Below the pieces are notes generated by a model that was not told the origin of the DNA, did no database searches, and worked only from the letters and a program-made list of their open reading frames with translations. From Tubulanus polymorphus (taxonomy: Eukaryota; Animalia; Nemertea), in assembly GCF_964204645.1 (NCBI RefSeq), contig NC_134027.1, positions 6,852,485-6,916,484 of the forward strand: a DNA stretch of 64,000 nucleotides, in the 5' to 3' direction. The translations under genes were made by a program, and so were the position numbers. Below are positions 12,183 through 23,622 of the stretch, piece by piece; positions within the stretch are counted from its first letter, which is position 1; each line of letters begins with the position of its first letter.

Positions 12183-15147
12183 ATGGCTATGGTTTATGGG
12201 TATCCTGAAAGTGATGTTGTATCGTTATTTGAAAAGCTGCCATGTAGAGATAAACAAATTCAACTGTTGTTGTCTTTATTTGGGCCTGTACGTGAGCATT
12301 GACCATCAGATTAATGAATCTAGTGCCTTCTGTAATTAAATGTACCTTAGTTGAGCAAACAATTTACCTCATCCAGATTTTATTTTCAGAGAGACCAAAT
12401 TGCAGCTCCGTCATTGTTTATATATGGACACACAGCTACTGGAAAAACAGATGTGGTCAAAAGTATAATGAATACATTAAAAGTAAAGTTTCTGACCATG
12501 TCTGATATTATAGAAAGATAGCATGCAAATGAAAGATAAAAAAGTTGATATTACGATATAAATGTACCTCCTGTTTTTAATTTAAACATGCTTTCAAACA
12601 GTATCTCCTTTTATTTGCTACGTTTAATGTTTCCATATTGCCAGTTTCTGCCATCTGGCACTTAGATATTTCTGTGTGAGTGTGGTGTGATTGGATGTAC
12701 GAGGGTGGCATGAAAATCTTATAAACCTTAATACGTTTCTTCATGCCTCCATCTTCAATTTTTGTATTTGTATCACTACTGTACAATTATAATAATTGAA
12801 AACGGATAAATGAATTATTGTTATCATCATTATATTACAGTTACAGCACGTCTATGTGAATTGTGTCGAATGTTACAATCAACGTTTATTATATGAACAT
12901 GTGTTGAATACATTATCGGGAGTGACTCCGTCGCCTGGAAATGATTATAAAGTATACACAAGATGTGACAACACGAATGACTTCGTATTGCACTTGAAAA
13001 GGCTGATAGAAGAAAAACATCTGTCCCAAGAAACGATTTATATTGTAAGTGATTTATTTTCTCCACTGTCAACTTATTCGAAAAACCTAAACATTGCGAT
13101 GCTTGCATTACTAGAAGAGGTAATATTAAGGTGATGGCTAGATCGAAGAAATTAATGACACATGAATATGCTTTCGTTAGACTTTAACAAGAAATTGTGC
13201 GTAGATGCCAATTCTGATCACCTTCATACACTGCTTTTATTTAAACTTGAGTGATGTATATACATTTTGAGGTTTTAGATAAAGCTGAAAGGTTAAGAGA
13301 TGCCGACTCCCACATGCTTCCTGTATTATTACGCCTTCAAGAACTCGTAAGTCCAGTTGATTTCAAATATCGGTGTGATATTAGTTTTGGTATTTTTTGC
13401 ATTATCGTTTTCTTTTCAGGCTGATGCGAATATATGTGTTATACAGATCAGTGAAATTGTTTGGGAAAAATTTCGCTGCGGGACTGGGTGTTTAGAACCA
13501 TTCCAGATTAGGTTTCCAGATTATTCTAAAGGTATGAAGTCATGGTCATTCATGTTTCGATAGAGTAACTCTTATGCTAAAAATTTCATTTGGACATTTT
13601 CTTTCAGATGAACTTTTAGAAATTCTTGCTATTGATTGTCCTGATGGGTATCCTCTGCCATTTTACATGTCGTATCTGAATCTATTGTTAAGTGTTTTTA
13701 TCTCCGCATGTCATGATCTGAAAGAACTGCGTCATCTGGTAAGCTGAAATGTTTCAAATGTTTACTGTGAAATGTGTTTTATCCCAATTGAATGTAGAAA
13801 TAATCATTTTAGGCTAGTTTGAATTTTCTGAAGTATGTTGAACCGATCGAAAGAGGAGAAGGTATGTTTGGCCTGGCAGGTGTCACATTAGACTTTAAAC
13901 GGATATCAATTTTGTAGCACATGTATGGGAATATTGTAGCTCTACATTGTAAAATGTGTAAATGGACATTACTTTGTAGCAACGATTGATGAAAGTCGTA
14001 AATTATGGAGAGCAATAGAGCCACACTTAAAGAAGGCATTGCATACCGTCTACCTTCGCGAAGTTTCAAGGTGAGCGGTCCCTATACAGCTTACCAATGG
14101 CATGATGTTATTTGCATATTTAATGTGAAAAATGTTGATTTAATCGTTGTTTTAAGTGTGCAGTGGGAAAAGTTGCAACAATCATTAGACAGTGATGCTA
14201 AAATTAAGGGTTTATCGTCTCGTATCCACCTGGAGCTTCCTTATTATTCCAAGTTTATGCTGATTGCTGCTTACTTAGCTTCGTATAACCCTGCTAAAAG
14301 TGATCGAAGATTCTTTACAAAGGTACAGAGTAAGAATCTGAATTCTAGTTTCACATGCTATGATTTAAGTATGTTGATGTTCTGAAAGTATTTATGTCAT
14401 TGTTGCAGAGAGATGACAAAATGTCAAAACGGATGAATCTCATGAAGAAAAAGGCTGAACGTGTAAGTATTTAGTTCACGTATAAAGAAATTTGATATTC
14501 AAAACAAAATGAACTTTAGATAGAAGTCTGAACATAGAGCAAAAGATATGAATCACCCTTTGATATTTTCATCTGCAGACGAATAATCAATTACTTGGAC
14601 CGAAGGCGTTCCCTTTAGATCGGATGATGGCTATTTTCTATTCAATCATAGAGGAAAAAGTAGCACCAACTGGATACTTTTACTCCCAGGTGGCTAAGGA
14701 ATACAATGTAGAATATTATATGACAGATGAATACTGGTAGTCAAATTGTATTCAGATTTCTTAATATTTTATGAATGAAATTATTTCAGATTTCGACCTT
14801 AGTTACTCTGCAACTATTAGGACAGATAGGCGGTGATGATCAACTCGATGCTCCACGATATAAATGTCTTGTTTCTTTGGATTTTATTCGTTCTATCTCT
14901 AGGTGAGAGTTAAGATAAAGCGACTTACCTGTATAAATTCCAACGATTTAACAATGATGTTTTTAGCCCACTTGGGATTTGAATCCCAGTTGCATTCACT
15001 TCTTGTCCAAGGGGTGTTGAATATTGAAATTGGATTGTCAAGCATTTCACCTAGTGGGTAAGATGTTTCTGGACCCCTAATTTTCTCTTTTATCTTTGTA
15101 GGACTGTTGACTTTGAGATAATGAGATATTTGTATGATTTCGCCTGA
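12183..15147 (+). CDS. ORC5: Origin recognition complex subunit 5, about 449 aa. Exons 12183-12287, 12390-12482, 12841-13044, 13272-13346, 13420-13531, 13608-13738, 13813-13861, 13980-14070, 14157-14322, 14409-14462, 14579-14689, 14790-14902, 15102-15147. Probable 5'UTR exon ends at about 11361
   Basis: Motifs are PCR..QI..L..LFG, Walker [90 protein letters not shown] and the C-terminal [13 protein letters not shown]. The exons total 1350 nt. Confidence 0.95.
13128..13224. repeat. Short element with AAGGTGAT/ATCACCTT terminal inverted repeats in an ORC5 intron
   Basis: 8-bp TIR. The same left end, AAGGTGATGGCT, recurs at about 60088. Confidence 0.4.
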
Positions 15148-15867
15148 TGTTCGGTGTCATTTGTTTGGCGCATCGTTTGACCACTATGAGGATTTCTCTC
15201 ATCTCTAGAATTGTAATATTTTGTGTTAGCTGTGATACCATTTTAGGATGGAAGGATTTCATACACCGACCTACATTATACAATGGAACTTGTTGACGCT
15301 GTAATTATCAGTATAGCTACAAATCACTGTAATTCTGTGATTATGATTAATTTACATGTACAAACAAAATTGATTCAATCATTCGGGTAACTTACATGAG
15401 ATACATTTTTGTAGAATTCATACTATCTAATACTGTAGTATTGCAGTTATTTTGTAATTCTGTTTGGAACAATTTGGTTAGAAATCGAAAAAGAACTATT
15501 GTTAAGTAGCATTTATTAGGCTTTGAATAGTATACACTGCGTCTATCAGAACTGGGTTCACTGTTTTCTATATTGATGCATTGTATGAAACACTTTTTTG
15601 AAAATAAATATTTTTCATGATAACTAAAAGAAACCTTTGAATTTTTTGCTAGCTGCAATCAATGGTAGTTAAAATCATTTCGGTAAATGGTCTCGTTACG
15701 TACATGTAACAATCTGTGGATACGGAGTAATTACAAGGAGATAATTGGATCAAAACAGCCATGCGAACAGTCGACACAAATTAGTTATTTCCTCAATCTT
15801 GGTCATAGGTTCACTTCTGATCTGTAGCAAAATTTACCCCCATTAAGCACGCAGAATTTTTACCATC

Positions 15868-18800
15868 ATGGGAGCTGTAACAAGTATTTGTCATTGCAAA
15901 ATGCCGAATACATCGCGTGTAACGGACGCTTTTCGCCATGCGACTGTAAGATACACAACATGTTGTATTGGACCCCCTGGAAGTCGTTTAAGAGATAGGA
16001 AACCTGATCCACTGATTACTACTCCTGGATATGAAGGTAAACAGGCAAAATTTCAAACAATTCTTAGTTGGACCATGGACGTAAACTAGATTATACGTTA
16101 ACGGTTGGACGAATGAGTTCTATTTCCACCATGAGGAATAATTAGTAAAAGTTAGAGACAAAAACTCGTAATGGCAAAATTTAAGTAATTTACCTAGGAA
16201 AAAAGGAAGTCTACTGCATTGCATCTAATGGATTGTTTTGTTCTGCCTTTCAATCACAGTATTTTACCTAGATGTGAAGAAATTTTGATCACGTATTTTC
16301 TCAGGTTCTATCAGCGTTAAAAAGCGTACTATTCTACGCAGCTAAAACTTAAAAGAATCATTGAATTTGCTAGATCAACTTAAAGAATTATACTCGTAAT
16401 GTTTTTGCGTAGGCTGACGGTAACAAGAAGATAAGTTATTAAAGTGCCAAATTATCTACAGTAATTTGTATACATAATGAGCCCTCATTATGTACTGGTA
16501 CAAGGATCCTCTGTTCAAACTAATTCTTATGCATTGCATAAAATGTATATACGTATATATGCTATAAATGTCATTACAATCCATCTTATATACAGAAATC
16601 ACGGATGAAGATAAAGATGTGCTCCGAATTCTTGATGTTGATCTAGATATCCCTCAAAATACTTCCGATCATCACACAGATAAATATGAAGTTTCTGAGA
16701 ATAGTCGAGACGGCAGCGGGCCTGCAAGTCTCGTCATACGCCGAGGACGAAAATTCAATCTCAGTTTAAAACTTTCTCGACCATTTGAAATCATCAAGGA
16801 TGATCTCAAAATCATATTTGAGACCAGTAAGTTTCTATCCTATTGTCTGGTAAATAATTATGAGTAGCTTGTTCCAAGTGAGGTTCTGCTAATAATTTTC
16901 TTAGGTGAAAGTCCAAAAGCCAGTAGAGGAACAAGCGTTACTATTGTACTATCCGACTATGACCAACCTGGACGATGGACCGCTGAAATTAAATCACATA
17001 ATGTTAACGGTGTCACTATTGCCGTTTCTACTCCATATGATTGCATCGTTGGAAAATGGAGTCTTCAAGTGGATACATTCCTGAAATACAAGCCAAATGG
17101 AAAAGCGTATCGCTATTTCCATAAAAATCCAGTTTATATTCTTTTTAATCCATGGTGCCCAGGTAGGTAATTCAATTCGGTTATCAACTACTTCGATTTT
17201 CAAGAATCCATAGAAGAAAAGAAAAAATGAAAAATGAAACTGCGCAGATTTTCAATTGTGTGGACTCTGTACCGCGGATTTACTTCGATTTTGTTTATGC
17301 GTAAAACTCCAATCAGACAGTTACCGAAGACTCTCTATGAGCTATTTGAATTTACTTACTCAGATGATGGTACGTATATGTCCGATGAAGAAGGAAGAGA
17401 AGAATACATCCTCAACGATGTTGGAATGGTATTTGCAGGAACCCATAGACAGATATTTGCCAAACCCTGGAACTTTGCTCAGGTACGTTACGAAAACCAT
17501 CTAAAAACTTGCGCTATCAATTTATTCACGTCTTATTCAATTTTGAACATTTCACATGGAATTGTTACTTTCTTTGAAACTTTGTGTTAGTACTAGGCAA
17601 TACAAGTGCTTTGCAAATCTGATGCGCTTTCAGTATTGTCTGTTTAGCTTTCTGTTTTGTTTCAATTAAGTTTGAAGATTTTGTGTTGGATTGCGTATTC
17701 TATCTATTGGATCGAGCTAAAATGCCATATCGATTGCGAGGAAGTCCTGTTCATGTTGTACGGAAGATCTCAGCCATTGTAAGTACCCAGTAATCGTCAT
17801 GTTTAAATGCAAAACCTAGTCAAAATATATTACAATATATACATGGACTTTTATTTATCTACCGGAAAAACGTAAGAAGCTTTCGGCCTTTTTTTACAAA
17901 TGGAACACGCCGCAAAGTATAAAAAATGGACAATGTAATAATGATTACATTACAACTATTTCCAAATCTCGATGTATCAAATTAGGCAGCCGACAAAAAT
18001 TAACCCCAGTAAGTCGTTTGCCGGTTCATGCTGGATGGGCATTTATTTACACGAATCAGAACCGAAATTTCCATACTTCGTCAAGCCCCTGTTTCGTTCC
18101 CAGCGGGTTTGTAAATCAATCGATCAATCAGATAGATAAGAGCGACTATTTCAGGATACAAAAAGAAAAGAAAATGCAAAATATCATTTATTCAACGTGA
18201 TAGTGTACGTATTTTAGGTAAACACTCAAGATGAAGGAGGTCTACTGGTTGGTAACTGGTCCGGAGACTTTGGAAGATACACTAATCCAATAGCATGGAC
18301 AGGTAGTGAGGCAATCATTGAGGAATTCTGGAGGACCAAACAGTCAGTTAGATATGGACAATGTTGGGTATTCTCTGGATTAGTGACTACAGGTACGTAC
18401 GTCCGTGTCAATCAGGTTGGTAAAACCTATCTTGAAATTATCAAAATAGCATTAGTTGAGCTGTTGTGCGGGTATTATGTTCAAGCCTAGCCTATATGAT
18501 TCCAGTGTGTCGAGCAATAGGAATACCCAGTAGATGTGTAACGAATTTTGCATCTGCCCACGACACCGATGGTAGCATAACGGTGGACACCCATTGGGAT
18601 GCAAATGGCTCACCAATGACCGAATACAATGCTGATTCTATTTGGTACGTATGGTGATTCTGTTAACTTGGTCTTCTAATGATTGACAACGAGCTGAACA
18701 CCGAAATGTGAAGCCAGTGAAAAAGATGCATCTATCAGAAGTTGCATTTTTGTAGGAATTTCCACGTGTGGAATGATGTGTGGATGGCACGGCCGGATCT

Positions 18801-20696
18801 TCCTTCAGGATATGGTGGCTGGCAAGCAATTGATGCGACACCCCAGGAAACTAGTGAAGGTAGAAGTGCAAATTTATCGATACAATATATGCTGGACATA
18901 TTCATAAATATACAAGGCTTCGCTTTATTAGTCCGATTCTCTTCTCTGAATCGTTTATCAGGAACGTTTTGTTGTGGACCAGCTTCTCTGGAAGCGATCA
19001 AGCAAGGTATGCTCGAGTTGCCGTATGATGGCCCATTCATTTTTGCTGAGGTTAATGCCGACAGGATCAATTGGTTAAAACAAAGTGATGGAACTTGGAA
19101 CAAAAACTTTCAGAAAAATATGTATGTTATTTCGAACTATTACAATACAATCTCGATGAACAGCACGGTTGATAGAACAATCTTTCTTGTAGAGTTGGGA
19201 AAAACATCAGCACGAAACGACCAGGAAAAGGCTTCAGTTATAGACCACTGGACGACAGAGAGGATATTACACACCAGTACAAGTTTTTAGAAGGTTCACA
19301 ATGTAGATTTTGGAACATTTTTCGGTTAATTAAAAAGTAGCAACCAGCAACTGATCAGGAGTCAGGATATTTGGAGGCATTACATGCTAACGTTTATAAT
19401 GCTTGCAAATTTAATTCCAGGATCAAGGGATGAAAGAGCAGCAGTACTGAATGCATTTGAATGTTCAACACTACCCGACTTAAAACCCGCTGACCCACAG
19501 GTAGTGACAAATATTTTGTTGCAACTTTTAAAGCATATGATTTCTTCTCTCCAAATTTTGAGTCTGTCCATTCTAGGATGTTGCTTTCGATCTTATTGAA
19601 AAAGATGGTATTCTAATCGGTGAACCATTTGAAGTTTCCCTGAGAGCCCGGAATATAACTGGTGACAACCGTACGGTGAATGTAACACTGACAGCTTGTG
19701 TGGTGTATTACACTGGAGTTATTGCTTGTAAAATTAAAACGCAACGATATAATGTCAAGGTTCAACCATACACAGGTAAAACGAAAGAAATACCAAGATA
19801 ATTTCAGCCAAAAATGCATAGTTCCTGGGTAAAAGTGCATACATATTTAAGCAACGTTTCGCATATACTGATGATGGCTAGTAGTTTTTAATACGCTTTT
19901 AGACAAGAACTTTTCATCTTTGGCTGAAATTATTGTGGGATTTCTTTCGTTTTGATTTATCTTACAGGATCCGTGTATTTTCTCGACTTCAGCCTGGATC
20001 AGTTTCATTTGATTAACATTCTGTGTACGGAATAACACCGTTTGAAAGAAAATACCATTCAGACTTTCTTTTTCTCTTTTGAAGATGATGAGATTATCAT
20101 GACTGTAGCTGCAGACGAATACTTAAATAAACTTGTCGACCAGGCAGCGATCAAAATCAGTTGCATGGCTACAGTGGAAGAAACAAAACAAGTGTTCACG
20201 GAGCAGGATGACTTCAGACTAAGCAAACCTGATCTTAAAATTTCGGTAATCTGCACCCTCATAGGTCTAGCTTATTTTTTTCAAAATTTTCATCAATCAT
20301 CTTAACTTAAATTATCGCTTATAGGCATTGGAAGAAGTTAAAGTTGGCAGCAAACTGACATGTGAAATATCATTTGCAAATCCATTGAATACACGCCTTA
20401 CAAAGAATTTCTTCTTCATCGAAGGGCCAGGATTGCAGAGATCTCGCAAGATAACAATCGGGTAACTAATTCTATATCAACTGCTCTGTATAGGGAGAAA
20501 TTACCAAAATTATCTTTTGATTGATAGCAATTCAATGAGTGTTTTGTATTTCAGAGATGTTCTGCCGCATAGTGAAGCTCATCTAACAGTAGATTTGTAC
20601 CCGAGAAGAACCGGATTTCGTCAGCTGATCGCTAGTTTCAATTCAAAGGAACTTACTGCTGTGACTGGACAGTGCCATGTTAATGTTATTCCATGA
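15868..20696 (+). CDS. Protein-glutamine gamma-glutamyltransferase (transglutaminase, TGM1/F13A-like invertebrate type), about 760 aa. Exons 15868-16036, 16596-16826, 16905-17162, 17364-17482, 17671-17778, 18218-18392, 18506-18644, 18756-18859, 18962-19121, 19193-19293, 19421-19500, 19577-19775, 20085-20245, 20325-20461, 20555-20696
   Basis: The catalytic triad motifs are intact: [11 protein letters not shown] (Cys), WNFHVWND (His) and [10 protein letters not shown] (Asp). Also present are HHTDKY, LVIRRG, LFNPWC, EEYILND.G, PWNFAQFE, FAEVNAD and the C-terminal barrel (F.NPL, EGPGL). The exons total 2283 nt in frame. The first exon is the least certain. Confidence 0.93.
19793..19940. mobile_element. 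Palindromic (foldback) element with hammerhead-like core fragments, in a transglutaminase intron
   Basis: Arms are ATAATTTCAGCCAAA..AGTTC..AAAAG and CTTTT..GAACT..TTTGGCTGAAATTAT. The centre reads AACGTTTCG-CATATA-CTGATGATGGCTAG. Confidence 0.55.
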
Positions 20697-21204
20697 ATGT
20701 CTTAGTTCACAGAAAACAGATGCTCTCAATAATTGATGCCTATTAAATTTTAATAATTGCTTTATTTTACCTCTTCACCAGATATAAAAATATCTTTTAA
20801 TTGATGAAGTACGCATGTAACCATTGCATGGAATATCAATAAAATACTGTATGAAATCTTCATAATTATCTATACTTGTCATATAATAATTGTATGTTTA
20901 GTTTTTGTCTAAAATGTATACTGGCTTACAATATTCAACTTATTTCATTTGGATATAAATGTCGTATTGTTATCTCCCATAATTCATTATACAACATGTC
21001 ATATGTTTTCACAGTTATTTTAGTTCAAACTAGTTAGAGACAATGTAGCAAAAATGTAATTTAAAGCATAAATAAACAATCTATTATTACTACAATCATA
21101 ACTTTTAGAGCACATTTCATTTAGAAGAAAGGAAGGTCACAGGTTTCGCCATTCACTTCAAATAAATGTTGAATGGTTATAATTAGCAATAAACTGCAGA
21201 TCTG

Positions 21205-23190
21205 TTATCGATTGTCTTCAATGACTACTGTTCGCGGAGGATAGCCTTCAAATTCTACGAATAGATACCGATATTCAAATTTTCCACTCTCATTCTGCAA
21301 ATCAAGAAGGCAATATTAATGATCTGTATGATCATAATTTGTATAAGTCTCATGATGGTCAGCATCGGTCAAATTTTTCACTGGTATCAGATAAGCAATT
21401 ATATTTGAGCTTGTCCTAGCGTCACTATTGATAATTATGTCTATACATTCTGATGCTTCATCATTCAGATTAATTGATTAAGACATACTTGATGAACTTC
21501 TAAATGCACTGTGCCTTTGTTAAGCGGTCCTTCGATGTAAAATTTCATTCTCATATGACGTTTACTATTGTTATCAACCCATTCGATATGACTGAAAAAG
21601 GAATGCAGTGTATGAATTGTGTGACCAACCATACAAAATGTTCTGCCTACTGAATATTTCATGGCCTATTCATATAAATTGCCACATATTATGGACAAAA
21701 TCAGACACCAAAACAAATTTATTCAGATTTAGGATAAGATTTCCAATCTAGGCAAATTAAAATGAGGGTTAAAGGAAACAAATAATCCACCTAATTTATT
21801 GAAATGATAGAAATCACTGTAGAATTGTCCATATTAGCATGTTCTCAGACTTATTTCTAAGGTGAATTAATTTCATTTAAATTCAACTTATTTTCTGAGA
21901 TTCGAAAGACACCAGTTTGATGGAAAGAATCAAAATGAATATAGTGAGCATATCAACTAGAACATATCCATTGGGTTTTGCGGACTGAGTCGTGACTGAT
22001 CTCTTTCTCAGTTTCTCTTGAAGGCAGATATTCTAAAATAGTAATTGAGTATTGCCTCAGAATTAAATCTAAATGAAAGATTTTCGAAAACCGGAGCGTA
22101 CCTCACGTGACGACGTCTTCCTCGTCTGGTCATCTCGCCGTACGCTTTAAGTGGTTCTCCAACAATATCTGTGACCTATGCAAACATGATGGATCGATTC
22201 GGTGAATTTATTTGAAGTAGAGTAAATCGATAATCGAAAGAAACTTACATCATAGTTTCGCTTTAATTCCTTAACCGCCTTGCCGTAAACGCCGCTTGGG
22301 CTTTGATTCGAAAATAGCTCACGACCGATCATATAAAACATCACCCCTAATGGGAAATCATAAGAAATTCGTTGGATGTTGAATGATTTAATCATTTGAA
22401 AAAGTGAAGTGTGAATTCTGACCTGTGATTCCAACCCCGATAACTATAACAGCAGTGTAAGAAGCATCCTTTCCAGTTTGTTTCACTGAAACAAGATTGA
22501 CATTCATATTTCATAATCTGAACCAATAATACAAGAGAAAAGAACAGATTGATGCAGACAATGGCTAAAACTATCCATACACACACATGCTGATAGGATC
22601 ACAGGTGCTTGTATCAGAGTTGTAGGTAATGTAAAAACGATAATCTGTTAATCCAGTGTCTAATATTTACAGGCCCTTTAGACACTGGATTCATAGATTA
22701 TTGTTTTTATAGTAGCTAACTCTGATACAGCCCCTGTGGATAGGATAGTTAGCCAAATTTGCCTTTGTTGAACGATACCTTTTTGGCCAAGCGTTAACTC
22801 AGAAAATGGTTTTTCCGATGATTTTACAATGTGCTGTTCAGAGTCATCTGGCTTTGCCTTCTGCGGCCGGCGATGGAAGGCGATACAAGAAAATGATCGA
22901 TTGGCCATTACAGTTGAAGATATCGAAGACATTGGGTTAGATTTGTCACTAATGTAATCACTGTTGCCAGTATGAATATTGTAATAATGCCGGGTAGCCG
23001 TAGTAGTAGTATTAGCATTATTAGTAACAGGCGGGTGGTGGTGACGTTGTTGTCGTCGTTGAAAGGCAGCAGTACATACAGTTCGGTTTGAAAATTTGTT
23101 TATTGAATCACACGAGATCATTCTTCTCTTCAGAAAAGATGCCAGCAGGTTGCTGGACCCCATTTTCGGTGAATTAAGCATCAGCACCAT
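21205..23190 (-). CDS. TIMM21: Mitochondrial import inner membrane translocase subunit Tim21, about 279 aa. Exons 23190-22779, 22485-22423, 22346-22249, 22175-22102, 21591-21489, 21294-21205
   Basis: Motifs are QKVKQTGKDASYT.VI..GVG.TG.MFY.I..ELFS..SP..VY, GEPLKAYGE.TRRGRRRHVSH, HMRMKFYIEG....GTVHLEV, YRYLFV and IEDNR*. The N-terminus is an Arg/Ser-rich presequence. Confidence 0.94.
22600..22738. repeat. Long imperfect inverted repeat (~63-bp arms) in TIMM21 intron 1
   Basis: CACAGG..TGTATCAGAGTT..TAAAAACGATAATCT..AATCCAGTGTCTAA pairs with TTAGACACTGGATT..AGATTATTGTTTTTA..AACTCTGATACA..CCTGTG. Confidence 0.8.
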
Positions 23191-23545
23191 TTTAATGTCG
23201 AAATTTTGCAGAAATGTTGTTTACAGGGATTCCCCAGAATCATCGTGCTGCCATCTAGAGGGGATTTCTTTAACCGATGAATGAGGCTGACCGAAACGAT
23301 AGAACGCTTTCTAAACAGATTATCATCAGATAAATCTTATATTTCATCTATTAGGTTATTTCATATTTCCTTAAATATGAACAAGTACATTGAATCTATC
23401 TCAGAAAATTATGTAAATGGATGCTAGAGTAGAATTCATCACTCACAGCTAATGAGGTTTCGTCTGGAAAGTTTGCAAGTAGTAAGGTGTCTAAACTCCG
23501 TCGCGCCGCATACTACTACAATCTCGACAATTGTGGACCCGGAAA
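23191..23545. promoter_or_regulatory. Probable bidirectional promoter, TIMM21 (-) / PPP1R16A-like (+)
   Basis: Short gap between the TIMM21 ATG and a + strand donor-bearing exon. There is a CpG patch (gtcgcgccgc) and a CCGGAA. Confidence 0.45.
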
Positions 23546-23622
23546 TAAAAATTCTTTGATTGTCGCATTGGATGTCCCGCAAAGTTTACTCCCTAAATTG
23601 ACATTTCAACGACAGAAATAAG
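23536..23622 (+). other. Putative non-coding first exon of the PPP1R16A-like gene
   Basis: It lies just beyond the TIMM21 start, next to an ETS-like CCGGAA, and ends in a strong AAG|gtaacg donor. The next clear acceptor with coding sequence is at 36853. This is inference. Confidence 0.45.

Noticed and set aside
12199-12208. GTATCCT motifs in ORC5 (also at ~13648)
   Set aside because: Both are inside coding exons (Gly-Tyr-Pro codons) and no intron is needed there.
21385-21466. C/D-box snoRNA candidate in a TIMM21 intron (ATGATGA...CTGA on minus)
   Set aside because: There is no terminal stem and no recognisable rRNA guide, and these boxes occur often by chance in AT-rich DNA.
22771-22778. 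TIMM21 intron 1 donor GTATCGTT as a U12 site
   Set aside because: It lacks the required CC at +5/+6, and the acceptor is an ordinary U2 type.
23270-23335. Hammerhead-like strings (ATGAGGCTGACCGAAAC on plus; CTGATGA-TAA..TTA-GAAA on minus)
   Set aside because: The plus strand lacks CUGANGA. The minus strand lacks the G-C closing pair and has no stem I.
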